From the human T2T-CHM13v2.0 reference genome, Homo sapiens, in NCBI RefSeq assembly GCF_009914755.1, contig NC_060925.1: DNA of 64,000 nucleotides. One strand, written 5' to 3'. The stretch's first letter is position 1. The number at the start of each line of letters is the position of its first letter. The notes under the pieces were generated by a model that was given only the letters and a program-made list of their open reading frames with translations, had not been told where the DNA came from and made no database searches. Positions 47,650 to 64,000 of the stretch are shown one piece after another. The position numbers and the translations under genes were made by a program.

Positions 47650-48260
47650 TTTTAAATTGAGATATTTCTATACCATAAAATTTGCCTTCTTAAGGTTTGT
47701 AATTCCATGGTTTTTAGTGTATTCACAAGGTTGTACAACCATCACTACCAATTCTGGAACATTTTCATCATCCTAAAGACATATCTCGTACCCATTAGCA
47801 ATCACTCCCCATTCACCTTCCACTCAGCCCATGGCAAGCAGTAATCTACTTTCTTTCTGTGTGGATTTCCTGATTCTGGACATGTCATATAAATGGAAAC
47901 ATACAATATTGGGTATTTTGTGTCTGGTTTCTTTCACTTAATGTCTTCAAGGTTCATCCATGTCAGAGCATGAATTAGCACTTCATTCTTTTTTAGTGGC
48001 TGATTCTATTGTGTGTTTATATAGACACACATGCATGCACACCACATTTTGTTTATTTGTTCCTCAATTGATGGACATTTGGATTGTTTCCACTTTCTGG
48101 CTATTATAAATGCAAGTTAGTATATGTATGCAAGTTTTCCTGTGAGCATATGTTTTCAGCTCTCTTAAGTATATGCCTAGGAATGGAATTGCTGAATCAT
48201 ATGTTTAACCTTTCGAGAACTGCCAGCTATTTTCCAAATACCAGAGAGGCTGTACCATTT
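47650..48260 (-). mobile_element. L1MB-like 3' end
   Basis: taccataaaattt...ttgtacaaccatcactac...gatggacatttggattgtttccac. Confidence 0.8.
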
Positions 48261-48516
48261 TGCGTTTTCACTCTTAGTGGCTCTTTACATTTTATTTATT
48301 CATTTGTAAAAAGAAAGGGTACATGAGGTTTTATGGGGGGTAAAATGAAAGGAGAGTGTTACACAAAAATATTTTTTCCTATAGAGTTCTAAATATTACA
48401 TGTAACAGTTTTCTTCTAGAAATTCTAAGGGAGCAAATGGGAATTATTAAAAATTCAGAAGTCAGTAGGAACTTTTTTATCTTACTGATTTGACAGTTCC
48501 GTTCTATTTCTTATAG

Positions 48517-48740
48517 AGAAGCTCGCAGAGGCTCAGCGCAGGTTTGCTACACTTCAGAATGAGCTTCAGTCATCACTGGATGCACAGAAAGAAAGCACTG
48601 GTGTTACTACGCTGCGACAACGCAGAAAGCCAGTCTTCCACTTGTCCCATGAGGAACGTGTCCAACATAGAAATATTAAAGACCTTAAACTGGCCTTCAG
48701 TGAGTTCTACCTCAGTCTAATCCTGCTGCAGAACTATCAG
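48517..48740 (+). CDS. XPR1: XPR1 coding exon (exon 4, 224 nt, phase 1-0), SPX domain
   Basis: Acceptor ttcttatag|, donor |gtactt. Translates (E)[74 protein letters not shown]. Phase continuous with the previous exon. Confidence 0.97.
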
Positions 48741-49094
48741 GTACTTAGATTCTTACCCTAGAAAATGGCACCTTTAAGTAAATGAGAAATTTCAATAAAT
48801 GGAAGTACCCTAAAGTATTACCAGTGGGTCAGTTCCAAAAAGGAAAATCCTTAACATGTTGTTATTCTTGGGGTTCCTACTGGCTAAAAACCATGTGTCA
48901 GAGGCAGTAAAACTGTGTTAACAAGACTTCTGTTTTTGAAGATTCATATTCCAAAAACTTTCCTATAATATTTAATATTTAGGGATAGTCCACAACTCAA
49001 GGACTAACAGTTTGCTTCCTGTTTTTAGAGGCAGCTCTGATAGTCATGAATAGAAATAATACATCTCTCCAGCCACTGTTGGCTATGTAAGGGC

Positions 49095-49404
<310 letters not shown>

Positions 49405-51190
49405 TGTAAGGGCTTTTATAGTCCTCCTAACCAATAGCAAAATTTCTACAAAAGCTATCAGATAGTTAATTTTTCTGCAGCTGACACTAATAAAACAAAG
49501 ACCCTGACTTTTCAACTTGCAGCTGAAAGAATCTTTCCAATTTTACTGTCCATGGGCTGCAATAAAATCATATTTTTTAAAAGTTATTGAGAAAAGCATC
49601 TATCTAATCTTTAGAGAGACCTTATGCACTATTTTTTTTCTATTTTATTCTTGTGATTATTACTTATAATGAGTGGTTAGGATCATCATAGGATGATATA
49701 CCATATTAAAACTAAAGATTATGTAACAAAAGTATTACCTGGAATATTAGAATTTTAAAATAAAAAGTAGTTAAAGTCCCATATCTGCAGTAATCTTAAA
49801 TTGTTAATGCATGTGTTTATCATTTTCTTCTATAATTCTACTTTGTTCTTTAGTGATTTAATATTCTATCATTTGAAGACAAACCTAGTAAGAAAACAAT
49901 TTAGTAGAAAAATAATTACATATATTTATATAGTGATAAATTCCTTTGCTTTGAGATTTGTTCATCGCTTTATAATTTAAAAAACAAAAATAAAATGTAT
50001 TTCCTCTTTCCTATAATGGTATAGCAACATTACCATTTTATAGTTCATAAATTATGTTTGTGTGTTACATGGAAAAATCTTTGTTAAATTTTATTGTATT
50101 AACTTTCCTAGCAGCTTTTGTTCGGAGTCATTATAAAATGCTCCTGGGGAAAACAAAAGTAATAATTAATTATGAAAGTTCTGCTTTATCTTCTGTTCTT
50201 TCGGGGTCATCTATTCTGTAAGAATACATTTATTTTGAGAATGAAGGAGAAAGGAAGATTGATTAAAAGCTATCTCTAAGTCATGATGTATGTATGCACC
50301 CCACACAGACTTTAAGATCATACATTAAAGCATGAGGGAAAAATATGTAAACAAATAAGTAAGGAAAGCCTGTTCTGGAGTGAGTGCACAATTTCTTACT
50401 GTTGGGGACATGTAATCAGCAAATTTGGGAGACCTCTGGTTTAAAGATGTAACCTTGCAAATTGAGTTTTTAGCTTTTTTGCATGCTGGGCAAAGAACAA
50501 CAATTTGAGATGTTGAAATGTATAGTATTTTGTTATTGTAGAAATTGAGGAAAAATAGGGACTTCTACCCATTATAAACTGAACCCTGTAAGTATGATCA
50601 CTTCCTCCTTTCTACTTACTCTTCTTAGCACTCCCATACCCAAACTGAGAATGAGTGAAAGGAAAATGAAAGTTAAGAGCACTAGATGATCTTCCATTTT
50701 CCTTACTGGAACATGCATGATTGCATGGCAGGGGGAGATACATACTCCTGTACCAGTCCTTCCAAAAATAAAGAACTAAATAAATGTGTTCAGTGCATGG
50801 GCAAATGCAAAACATTTTCTGAAAATAATTCTTTTGACCAAAGCAGCAAAATAATAGAAATTAGCTATTTTGAAAATAATTATACATAGAAAACAGGAAA
50901 CAAAAACATTTTGAGCTTAGGACTTTCATTAATTTACTTGAAAGAGAAATAATAGGGTTCATAGTTCAGGGTTTCTTTGTGTTACTAATAGCATACTACC
51001 TTGAAATGAATAAAAGGAATAAAAAAGAAGAGTCATCCTTTTAGTAGTAGATGCTTTTATGAAAGCTTTGCCATTTCCTAGAGTACTTAATCTTTGTCCA
51101 GCCAGCTCTGTCAGTGCTTAGTGCTTATTCTTTTTCATCATTTTTGATGGTAGTAGAAATTATAGTTGTGTTTCTCATTTCTTTCTGTAG

Positions 51191-51340
51191 AATCTGAATT
51201 TTACAGGGTTTCGAAAAATCCTGAAAAAGCATGACAAGATCCTGGAAACATCTCGTGGAGCAGATTGGCGAGTGGCTCACGTAGAGGTGGCCCCATTTTA
51301 TACATGCAAGAAAATCAACCAGCTTATCTCTGAAACTGAG
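51191..51340 (+). CDS. XPR1: XPR1 coding exon (exon 5, 150 nt, phase 0-0), SPX C-terminal helix with lysine surface cluster
   Basis: Acceptor ctttctgtag|, donor |gtacaa. Translates [50 protein letters not shown]. The KILKKHDK motif is the SPX inositol-pyrophosphate-binding lysine cluster. Confidence 0.97.
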
Positions 51341-51602
51341 GTACAATAATCTCGTTTATTTACAACGTATTTTCAGTTACACGTTTTATATTTAGGGAAG
51401 CAATTCCTTATTTCTGTTATTTTGTAACTAGTTGCTAGCTTTGAATATATATGCCTTACCTGTGATTTTTTTTCATTTTCTTTATCAGTATATATTCACC
51501 AAAAAGTTGTCAGAATATAATATATATAAATGGTACAGAATTATTTGTGCATCACTCAAGTTTAGTATAACCTAACCAAAATGTAATAATTTGTCTTTCT
51601 AG

Positions 51603-51686
51603 GCTGTAGTGACCAATGAACTTGAAGATGGTGACAGACAAAAGGCTATGAAGCGTTTACGTGTCCCCCCTTTGGGAGCTGCTCAG
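51603..51686 (+). CDS. XPR1: XPR1 coding exon (exon 6, 84 nt, phase 0-0)
   Basis: Acceptor tgtctttctag|, donor |gttagt. Translates [28 protein letters not shown]. Confidence 0.96.
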
Positions 51687-52084
51687 GTTAGTATTTGGTT
51701 CCAGTAGTTTGTTTGGTTTCACCTATTTAATAATCAACACAGTATTTAGCTGGCCCCATTATCTTAAAAAAATTTTCAGCCAAAGTTTATAAGTAGTTGC
51801 TATTTTTCTTATTTTAGTTTTTTAAACATTATATGCTATATTTTACTTCATTCTGAATTATAATGTCTTCCACCTTTCTCTTCTCATACTGTACTTTCTT
51901 GTTTATTCTTACTGACATGTTAACTTACTGGTATCATCAAATGATTAAGATGTGATTTAAAAAAAATGATCTGGTGGGTTCAGATATACTGGATTGCTAT
52001 ATAGCTTACTCCAAAAAAGCATTTATTAAATGATATCTACACAGTAGTTATAAAAAAAGAAAATTTATTAAGTGATATCTTCTG

Positions 52085-54580
<2,496 letters not shown>

Positions 54581-55427
54581 ATCCTAAGCATATTATTGTC
54601 AAACTGCTTGGAAATAAAGAGAAGAATCTTAAAAGCATCCAGAGAGAAAAGACACAAATTCTATACTTTAAGTATGTGCAATTTTTTTATGTCAGTTGTT
54701 TTTGAATAAACATTTTAAAATTAGTTTCAAAAAATTAGGGTGTTTAAGAATGCCTGTAGAGATGGTAAAGCTAAAGAAAATGTGGAAGTGGTTATCTCTG
54801 GTGCGGAGGGAAGGTTTTGGGATCAGGGAGGAATAGGGAATTCAAAGTTAATGGAAATGTTCAGCTTCTAAATATGGATAGTAGTTATAGATTCACTTTA
54901 TTATTCATTTCTAACAGTCCAAATAAATTATATGCATTCTTTTGTATATATGATAAATTAAACAATTTTTGAAACTAAAGGTAACTTTTTATCTTTGGAA
55001 AAGACAAATGACCATCTTTTGGATGCTTTCAGTCAGAAACTAACAATACAGTTAGAATCTGTTACTCTATTAAGTAATAATAAGACAGAGGGGAGTCTCA
55101 ATGCTTTGTTTTTGAAGGTTTTTAGAAAACAAAATACCTGAAATGTACTATCATCTCTAACAACAAAAAATTTTATAACATTCACAGCAAATATTTAAGT
55201 CTATAAGATTATCTCTCTCTGTGTTTCTCATCACTTTACAATCTTAGGCACTTGCTATTACATATTTATTTTAGAAAGCAGAAGTTTCAAAAATCGCTTT
55301 CTAAATATAAAATTAAATTATAATAGATAATATTTTTGAGCCTACATACACGGGAGATTTGGATATATCAGTCTCTTAAGAACCTCTCGTATATCCTGAA
55401 AAATTTACTTTAAATTACCCCAGTATG

Positions 55428-55722
55428 GGCTGCACACTGTGGCTTACACCTGTAATCCCAGCACTTTGGGAGGCCAAGGCAAGTGGATTGCCTGAGCCCA
55501 GGAGTTCAAGACCAGCCTGGGCAAAACAGTGAAACCTCATCTCTACAAAAAATACAAAACTTAGCTGGGCATGGTGGCACACACAGTAGTCCCAGCTACT
55601 CTGGAGGCTGAAGTGGGGAATCACTTGAGTCTGGGAAGTTGAGGCTTCAGTAAGCTGTGATCACACCCCTGCGCTCCAGCCTAGGCGATAGGACGAGACC
55701 ATGTCTCAGAAAAAAAAAAAAT
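55428..55722 (+). mobile_element. AluJ-like
   Basis: Full dimer, TSD-like tacc(c/t)cagtat. Confidence 0.9.
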
Positions 55723-55901
55723 GCTACCTCAGTATAATAATGTAAGTACTATCAGAAAGTAAGCGTTCTTGTCTCCGTCATCGTCTCTAATTTTATCTGT
55801 TGTACCAAATGTGCAAACTCTGAGTAATACTGACTTTAAAAATTTACAATTTCATTGTAAAAATGAAATTGCATCTTAACTCTCTCCTATTTACAAAACT
55901 C

Positions 55902-55972
55902 ATATGTATATATATATGTGTATATATGTATATATGTGTATATATATGTATATATATGTGTGTATATATATA
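55902..55972. repeat. (TA/TG)n compound microsatellite
   Basis: Seen directly; abuts the MER2 start. Confidence 0.9.
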
Positions 55973-56270
55973 GTCGTTCCTTAGTATCTGTTGGAGATTG
56001 GTTCCAGGATCCTGTGGATAGCAAAATCCGTGGATGCTCAAGTCCCTTATAAAATGGCATACTATTGCATATAACCTGTACACATCCTCTTAAATACTTT
56101 AAATGATCTCTGGGTTACTTATAAAACCTAATACAATGTAAATGCTGTATAAATAGTTGTTAATACTCAGTGCTTTTATTTGTATTACTTTTTCTTGTTT
56201 TGTTATTTTTTACTGGTTTTTGTTCCTGAATATTTTCAATACACGGTTGATTCCTCGAGTGTAGAATCCA
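55971..56270 (+). mobile_element. MER2
   Basis: ggagattggttccagga...aaatccgtggatgctcaagtcccttat. Confidence 0.8.
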
Positions 56271-56535
56271 CATACTATAATTTAATGCCTAAGATTATAA
56301 TCTTGCTTATTTCATGACACAGATTTCTATAAAAAAAAGCTTGATTAATTGGCAACTTGAATAGTATTATAGGATGATGAAGGTTGATTCTCTGGTTCAG
56401 ATTTATAAAAATTTAGAACATTAAATATTATTTTCATGGTAGAACTTTGAGACTCATTCTACTATTTTATTACAGCATATAGTAAATACAATCAGTGTTT
56501 TGTCCTGTACTCAAATACTATTTTTCTGTCCACAG

Positions 56536-56617
56536 CCTGCACCAGCATGGACTACTTTTAGAGTTGGCCTATTTTGTGGAATATTCATTGTACTGAATAT
56601 TACCCTTGTGCTTGCCG
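56536..56617 (+). CDS. XPR1: XPR1 coding exon (exon 7, 82 nt, phase 0-1), first TM segment
   Basis: Acceptor ttttctgtccacag|, donor |gtaagt. Translates [27 protein letters not shown] (hydrophobic helix). Confidence 0.96.
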
Positions 56618-57209
56618 GTAAGTAGTTTAAATTTTGAATTAATTTATTCTTACCAATATGCCTGTGTCATATTCTGCCCCTCTGTAAGGAATTATGCATG
56701 CAACTACCAAAGCTACTGAAAGATAAATCTATCAGGGCTAAGTTTTTTGTCCTTATAAATGTGGTTTTTTTTAGTTGTTTGTTTTGTTGGCGTTTTTTCC
56801 CCATTTGGGTATGGTTATTCTCTAAAACATTGCTCATGTATGACTTCTTTTTCTTCATCATTTTCCAGTTTCTGTATATAACTTCTATATAATTTTTCAG
56901 AGTTTATTTATCAAAAAGCTTGGCTTTCTTGATCATAGATGAGGATAAATAATGTTACAAAACTCATTCACAAAGCTCTTTCACTTTGCTTATTGGAGAC
57001 CCTCTCGCATCCTTTTCAGAATCTATTTACAATTACTTTGCATATAGTGTTAAGAAGCTTGGTTGTATAATTTCCTATTCTATAGAAGTAAAAACAATTA
57101 GAAAGAGATAGGAAGGATTCCTAGGAGCAGCTGCACTCACAACATCAAAAAATGATATAACAGCAAAGGAAGCATAATCTTACTAAATCTCCCCAAAGAA
57201 TTTGACACA

Positions 57210-58730
57210 CCCCACAGTAGCATTTGACATTATCAGTCACCACTTCTTGAAACACTTTGATTGTTTTTTCTGGAGAAACCACACTCTGCTGGTTTTCCTG
57301 TTAAATTTTACTGGCAGTTTGTTCCCAGTCTCCTTTGCTAGCTATACTTTTCTTTGTGACATCAAAATGTTAGGGTATAGTGCTGGGCTCAATCCTTCAA
57401 TCTCCTCTGTCTATATTTGTTTCCTATCTAGGCAATCTTATTCAAGACTATGGCTATAAATACCGTCTATATGCTAATGACTCCCAAATATATGTTCTCT
57501 CTTCTGAAAGATGTCTACTTGGCTAGTTGGATTTGTCTAGTAGATATCTCAAACTTACACAGACAAAAGATACCTTGATTTTTACCCCCAAATATGCTCT
57601 TCTATCTGGCATCACCTTTCATCCATTTCTCAGTCCAAAATCTTTTAGTTTCTCTTGTCCCTCATATTTAATCTTCAGTCCATCAGCAAATCTTATTGGT
57701 CTGTCTTCAAACCATGTTCTAAATGTATTTACTTCTCACCACCTTGGCCAGTGCCACTCTTGTCTAAGCAGCCATTTCTTTTTTTTTTTTTTTTTGACAC
57801 GGGGTCTCACACTGTCGCCAGGTCTGGGGTGCAGTGGTCCGATCTCGGCTCACTGCAACCTCTGCCTCCTGGGTTCACACGATTTTCCTGCCTCAGCCTC
57901 CTGAATAGCTGGGATTACAGGCACACACCACCACACCTGGCTAATTTTTTGTATTTTTAGTAGAGATGAGGTTTCACTATGTTGGCCAGACTGGTCTTGA
58001 ACTCCTGACCTCGTGATCCACCCACCTCAGCCTCCCAAAGTGCTGGGGTTTACAGGCATGAGCCACCGCGCCCGGCCAGCAGCCATTTCTTGTTTAGTGT
58101 ATAGCAGCCTTCTGGACTCGGTCTCCTTGCATCTACTCTTGCCTCCTTATAGCTACTAGTGTCTTTTTTCCCCCCCCCCCAATGGAAGTTAGATCATGTC
58201 ACTCTCCTATTCAAAATTCATTCATGGCTACTCTTAAAATAAAATCCAAACTCCTTGCCATTGCCTGCAAGAACTTACAGGATCTCACCTCTGTGGGCCT
58301 TTCCGATATTATATTGTCATCTTCCCCCACACTTAGCTTCACTTTGTTTCCGACCACACTTGTGTTAGTACTTCTTAGATGCATCAAGCTCATTCTAATC
58401 TAAGAGCCTCTGCAGTTGCCTAAAGAGCTCTTCCCCAAGATGTCTACCTAGCTTATTTCATCACTTGTCTGTATTCAAATGCTACATTCTTAGTAAAGCG
58501 TTCCCTGATCACCCAACCCTAAAATAATCTATTCTGTCCCTTTAGCCTACGTTAGTTTTCTTCTGAGTACATATACTTACCTGACATTATATATTATATA
58601 TTTATATTTCTTGTGATCTCTTTTTCCACTGGAATATAAATTTTCTTGATGCCTGGGCATTTGTCTCTCTTGTATCTCTAGCACGTAGAACACTGCTTAG
58701 ACCATAGTAGGGGCTTGAAAAGTATTGGGG
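57210..58730. mobile_element. L2, interrupted by an Alu
   Basis: agcatttgaca...aatgactcccaaat...atcagcaaatct...agatcatgtcactct...aaaataaaatccaaactcct. Confidence 0.75.
57776..58076 (-). mobile_element. AluS-like
   Basis: TSD agcagccatttctt. Confidence 0.9.
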
Positions 58731-58955
58731 AAGTTTGGCTGGAAGAGAAGGAGAAAGATGAAATTAAATGATATTTAGAAAACACATGCACAAACAGCAG
58801 AAAAACAGACACAAATCTCAAAGCTTCTTATAGTCAAGGACTTTTAAGGACAGATAACCTTGGTATACCTAAGGGTCTATGTAATTGTGCTCATAATAAT
58901 AACTGAATCATTAATAAAGGGCTAAATTTTGTTCAGTGAAGTCTGCAAAGAAATA

Positions 58956-59021
58956 TTAGGCTGGTGCAAAAGTTGCCATTACTTTTAATGGCAAAACTGC
59001 AATTACTTTTGCATCAACCTG
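58956..59021. mobile_element. MADE1 (Hsmar1-derived palindromic MITE)
   Basis: ttaggctggtgcaaaagt..tgccattacttttaatggcaaaactgcaattacttttgcatcaacct, TA-flanked. Confidence 0.9.
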
Positions 59022-61254
59022 TATGATTTAAAAATAGATGTCATTATTTGAATATCCATAATATTCCATTTCAGACTTTTAGTAATCATAATAATGCCCA
59101 AATAAGGAAGCTTTATGTCACTGTCATACTTAACTATTCTTGATTGCAGGGACTATGTATTGTTGCATTTTAAGTTCCCAACACATTGTCAAGTTTATAG
59201 TAGATGTTCGAGAGATAATTTACTGAACTAATTATTCCTCATAAACATTCTGCTTAAGACTATCAATTGTATATTATGAAATGATAACCTACATTGTAAT
59301 GGCTTTTAGAGAACATATGAATTTTACCTATTAACAGTGTGTTTTCATTTGTATTGTTAGAGTTCTTCTTCCTACCAGTTACTAAAAATCAACTCTAATA
59401 GTTATGGTCAATCCTGAGTTTATGATGTAGTGTTGCTATAATTTATAATCATATTTTAATCTGGTTCTATTTCCTTAGGTGAATACAGTTTACTTACATA
59501 GAATACATGAAAATAATACAATTTAAAAACTCAGATCTATGTTATCAAGCTAGCTGTAGTGGAGAGAACAAAAGGCCTGCATGGGTTTCAGTTTCAGCTC
59601 CACTGTTAGTTGTTTTGGCTTTAAGGACATCATTTAACTTCTCTCAAACAGTTTCCTCATCTGTTAAATGAGCTTAACACCTTAAATTTGCAGGGTTGTT
59701 TAGGGTTCATTCATTCATTCAGCAAGTAAATTTTATGTGTCTAAGGGTTATGCTTGATGCCTGCAAGTCTTAAGATAAATAAGAGAATCCCTTTCCTTAT
59801 GAAATGTATTATGCCAGGGAGATTAAGGCATATATTAAAGCAATATACTGCAAGATAGAAGGTGTTAAATTTTCTAAGCGGTTCAAAGAGACAACTGATT
59901 ACTTTTAAATGAGAGCATCAGGGAATACTTCATGGAAGAAATAACGTTTATGCTAGACATTGGTGGAATCAAAGCCATTTCGAGAGAAGGAGACAGTTGA
60001 GCAAAGAGATTTAGTTGGCCTGGGGTGGGGATGGAGTGTAGAAGGAGGGAGTGAGTTATGAAGGAGAGAAGTGATAAATTGGCCAAAGGTGAAGGAGAAT
60101 ATTAGATGATAAGGGTGAAAAGATAGCTTGAGGCCAGCTCATAGGGATCAGATAAGAAGTGTAAGTAAAACATGTTTGTAGTTGCAAAGTGCTATGTCAA
60201 TATAAGGTATATATGGTGGGGGTTGTTCTTTCTATAGAAAATGCCTTAGTCATTAGTGGGTGCAATTTTTTTGTTTAATTTTCAAGATGAGCATGGTGGT
60301 ATTATCATCATTAAAAAAAGACATAAAAAATACATTTTTCCATTCTTTTTATGTGAATTAATTGCTACAATTTGAGGGTTTTTTTGTTTAGTATATACAG
60401 ACTATGTTTTTGTAAGACATTCTGATTTGTTTTTTATGTGTGCTGTGTATGCATTTAGTGTTACGCATTATGTTTTCTCACTTCAGAACCCTTCTTTGTT
60501 TGATCTTTGTGTATGTTGTAGGGGGAGGGTAAATATAGTTAAAGCCAGCTGTCTATCCTTATTTATCTTCCAGCGGGTGCTTAAAAGATAACAGTGTTGA
60601 GAGTCAAAGAGAAACACAGTCGTAGTATGCATGTACAAGCACGATTCTTTTTTTCAAACATTCACATTAAAAAATGTGCATAATTGCTGTGGTTTTTCAA
60701 GGGGACATGACCTAGTATTTAATAATTTCTCTGAAAATCACGTGTTTCAGATAATTAATTTCATTAAGATGAAAAGTTGACTGTTTAGATTTTTTTTTCA
60801 AACTTGTTTCTTTTGCAGGTTCCTACTAACATATATAACTTAATTTGGTACAATAACAGTATACCATATTGCACTTACTGGTTTGGCCATTTACAGTGGG
60901 TATAAGGTGTGAAATAGGCTCTGGTACACTAGTGGTAAGAGTACTCATTGTTGCTATCTCTTTGGAGGATAATTTGGCAGTGTGTGTAAAAATTTTAGGC
61001 AAAATTATGTTGATTAAGCCGTTTTGTTTCTAGAAATTTATCCTACAAACATACTTGTACATGGTTGCAAAGACATGTATGCTAGGAGGATAGTCATTGC
61101 CATTTTGTTTATAGTAGAAAAATCCTAGAAACCACTCAAATATTCATAAATTGATAGCTCTTTAAATTATATTACCTCTGTACAGTGGAATACCATGGAG
61201 ATATTAAGATGAATGAGGTAATGGTGGGAGTGAAAATGGACACAGCACTTTGGA

Positions 61255-61590
61255 GAACTTTTTGGCAACAGGAATCAGTTTTGTGGAAGACAATTTTTTC
61301 ACTGGGCTGGCGGGTAGGAGAGGGGATGGTTTCAAGGTGAAACCCTTCCACCTCCGATCATCAGGCATTAGTTAGATTCTCATAAGGAGCGCGCAACCTA
61401 GAGATCCCTCCCATGCGCAGCTCACAATAGGGTTCGTTCTCCTCTGAGAATCTAATGCCGTTGATCTGACAGGAGGCGGAGCTCAGGAAGTAATGCTCTC
61501 TCACCAGCCGCTCACCTCCTGCTGTGTGGCCTGGTTCCTGACAGAGCACGGACCAGTACTGGTCCATGGCCTGGAGATTGGAAACCCCTG
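61255..61590 (+). mobile_element. MER1B (hAT-Charlie)
   Basis: ttttgtggaagacaatttt...agattctcataaggagcgcgcaacctag...aaacccctg. Confidence 0.85.
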
Positions 61591-61687
61591 TACTAACCTA
61601 TGACCCAGTTCTAATAGAAATGCTTACATATGTCCACCAAAAGACATGTATGAGAACACTTAAGTAATATTGTTTGTAATAGTATCC

Positions 61688-62750
61688 AGTCATGTACCAT
61701 GTAACAATGTCTTGGTCAGCAGCAGACTGCAGATATGAAGGCAGTCCCATAAGATTATAATGGAACTGAAAAATTGCTGTTGCATAATGGACGGCATAGC
61801 CATCATAGCATAACACATTATTTAGATGCTTGTGGCAGTGTTGGTATAAACAAACATATTGCACTGCCAGCCATATAAAAGTTTAGCACTTAAAATTCAT
61901 GTACATAATACTTGATCATGATAATAAATGACTTACTGATTTATGTATATGCTATACTATTTATTATTTTAGAGTGAACTCCTCCTACTTATTAATAAAA
62001 GAGTTAATTGTAAAACAGCCTCAGGCAGGTCCTTCGGGAGGTGTTCCAGAAGAAGGCATTAATAGAATAGGAGATGACAGCTCCCTGTGTGTTATTGCCC
62101 CGAAGACCTTCCAGTGGGAGAAGATGTGGAGGTGGAAGACAGTGATATTGGTGATTCTGATCATGTGTAGGCCTAGGCTAATATGTGTGTTAATGCCTTA
62201 GTTTTTAAGAAGGTTTAAAAAGTAAAAATAAAAATTAAAAAATGTAAAAATAGAAAAAAGTTTATAGAATAAGGATATAAAGAAAAAATACGTCTATATT
62301 GTTATACAGTATGTCCATGTTTTAGGCTAGGTATTATTACAAAAGAGTTAAAAAGGTTTAAAAATTTTTTAAGTTTATAAAGTTAAAAAGTTACAGTGAG
62401 CTAAGGTTAATTTATTATTGAAGAAAGAAAAAAATTTTTTTATAAATTCAGTGTAGCCTAAGTGTACAATGTGTATAAAGTCCGCAATAGTGTAATGTCC
62501 TAGGTCTTCACATTTACTCACCACTCACTCACTGACTCACCCAGAGCAACTTCCAGTCCTATAGCTCCATTCATTGTAAGTACCCTATACAGGTGTACCA
62601 TTTTTTATCTTTTATAATGTATTTTTACTGTGTCTTTTCTATGTTTAGAGATGTTTAGAGACAAATACTACCATTGTGTTACAATTGCCTACAGTATTCT
62701 GTACAGTAACATGGTGGACAGGTTTATAGCCTAGGAGCAATAGGCTCACA
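61688..62750 (+). mobile_element. Tigger3 (Golem/MER7)-like element inside degenerate L1ME (~60900-63060)
   Basis: cagtcatgtacc...gtcccataagattataatgga start; cctcaggcaggtccttcgggaggtgttccagaagaagg; agcctaggagcaataggct. Confidence 0.85.
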
Positions 62751-64000
62751 TAACTGTAAGTAATGAGAATAACAAACTGTAGCTACATACAAGAACATGA
62801 TGGCTCTCACAAATGTTAAACAAAACAAGCCAGACACAAAGAATACATATTACATGATTCCATTTACATGGAGTTCAAAAAACAGGCAAAAATCAGGAGT
62901 TTACCCTTGGGGAATGGATAGCAATTGGAAAGAATATGAGCCGGAACTTCTAGGATGCTTGTAATATGCTGTGTTCTGGGTGCTGATTCACTTCATTTTT
63001 CATCATGTTGTATACTTATGATTTATCCATTTTTCTATATGTATGTAACACTTAAATTCAAAAAGTTTACATTAGAAAATGAGTGAGATCTTTGTGCACT
63101 GATACTGGAAAATCTCCACTCCAGGATATAAGTGAAAAAAAAAAAAGGCCTGGAATAGCATATATAGCATGCTCCCAGTTGTAATTGGTGATTTGTTTTT
63201 TAAAAAATAGTATGTGTTTCTCTATGCATCAAGAAATTCTTGAAAGATAATAGACAAATTGTTAGCATGGTTTTCTTCAGAAGATCTGGAGTGAGACGAG
63301 GCTTCTCATATTCTTTATAATATTTGTGGTTCTTTTCCTATACACATACATTACTTGTTAAAATTTTTTTAATGTTCCTTTAAAGAAAAGTGAGTTGGCA
63401 ACTTAATACAGAGAGGACTGTAATTTTGTAAGTTTTAGAACAAACTTCTGTTTGGGTTTTTTTTTTTTTTTTAAACAGGTACATATTTGCTTACTAACAC
63501 AACCTAGCCCCATTGTTAAGTGTGCAGGCTTTGGAGCCAGATTGTAGGGTTATTACATCCTTGTGATCCTGGGCAAGGAACCTATTTTGAGTAAGCCTTA
63601 GTTTCTTCATGTATCTGCTGAGAAAAACCAATTTATAGTGTTGCTGTGAGAACTAATGAAATTATGCATGAAAAACATTGAGTATATTGCTTACCCCAAA
63701 ATAAATGCTTAATGATTGTTAGCTGATTTTTAAGTTAAAAATTCATGAAGCCATGGGAAGTTTGTGATGGGACCTTATATATCTTTTATTTTTGGGACTC
63801 ATGGATCAGAGAGATGATATACTTATTCTTAAAAATGATACTAATTTGTTTTTTGATTCCCTGGAATTTTTTATGATGATCTTGTCTAGCAAGAGTATTG
63901 TGGTTTAATCCCAGTAAATCTACAAAAGTTTGCTTCAGGGAGATCATGCCAAATGAAGGAGGTTTCATTGTATTGCTTATATATGCCCTTAGGTTTTAGA

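Overview
Primate (human-like) genomic DNA, AT-rich and repeat-dense. It lies inside XPR1 (phosphate exporter / xenotropic-polytropic retrovirus receptor) on the + strand. Five coding exons are visible with clean AG/GT boundaries and continuous phase (exons 3-7 by recalled numbering, about aa 41-255: most of the SPX domain, the linker and the first TM helix). The rest is intron filled with Alus, L1PA/L1M, L2, MaLR LTRs, an ERVL internal relic and Tigger/MER/MADE1 DNA transposons. Most ORFs in the supplied track are repeat artefacts. Notable items: (1) a U6 snRNA/L1 chimeric retrocopy lacking 11 nt of the U6 ISL, at the centre of a four-layer nested insertion (Tigger4 > L1M > Alu > U6/L1); (2) a perfect 35-nt tailless U2 snRNA retrocopy with TSDs; (3) a ~265-bp local duplication not assignable to a repeat family; (4) a cluster of AT-rich perfect palindromes; (5) exons 4-7 total 540 nt, phase 1 to phase 1, so a back-spliced circle would be a stop-free frame. 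I found no convincing wholly new biological system. Repeat subfamily names come from recalled consensus sequences and repeat boundaries are approximate.
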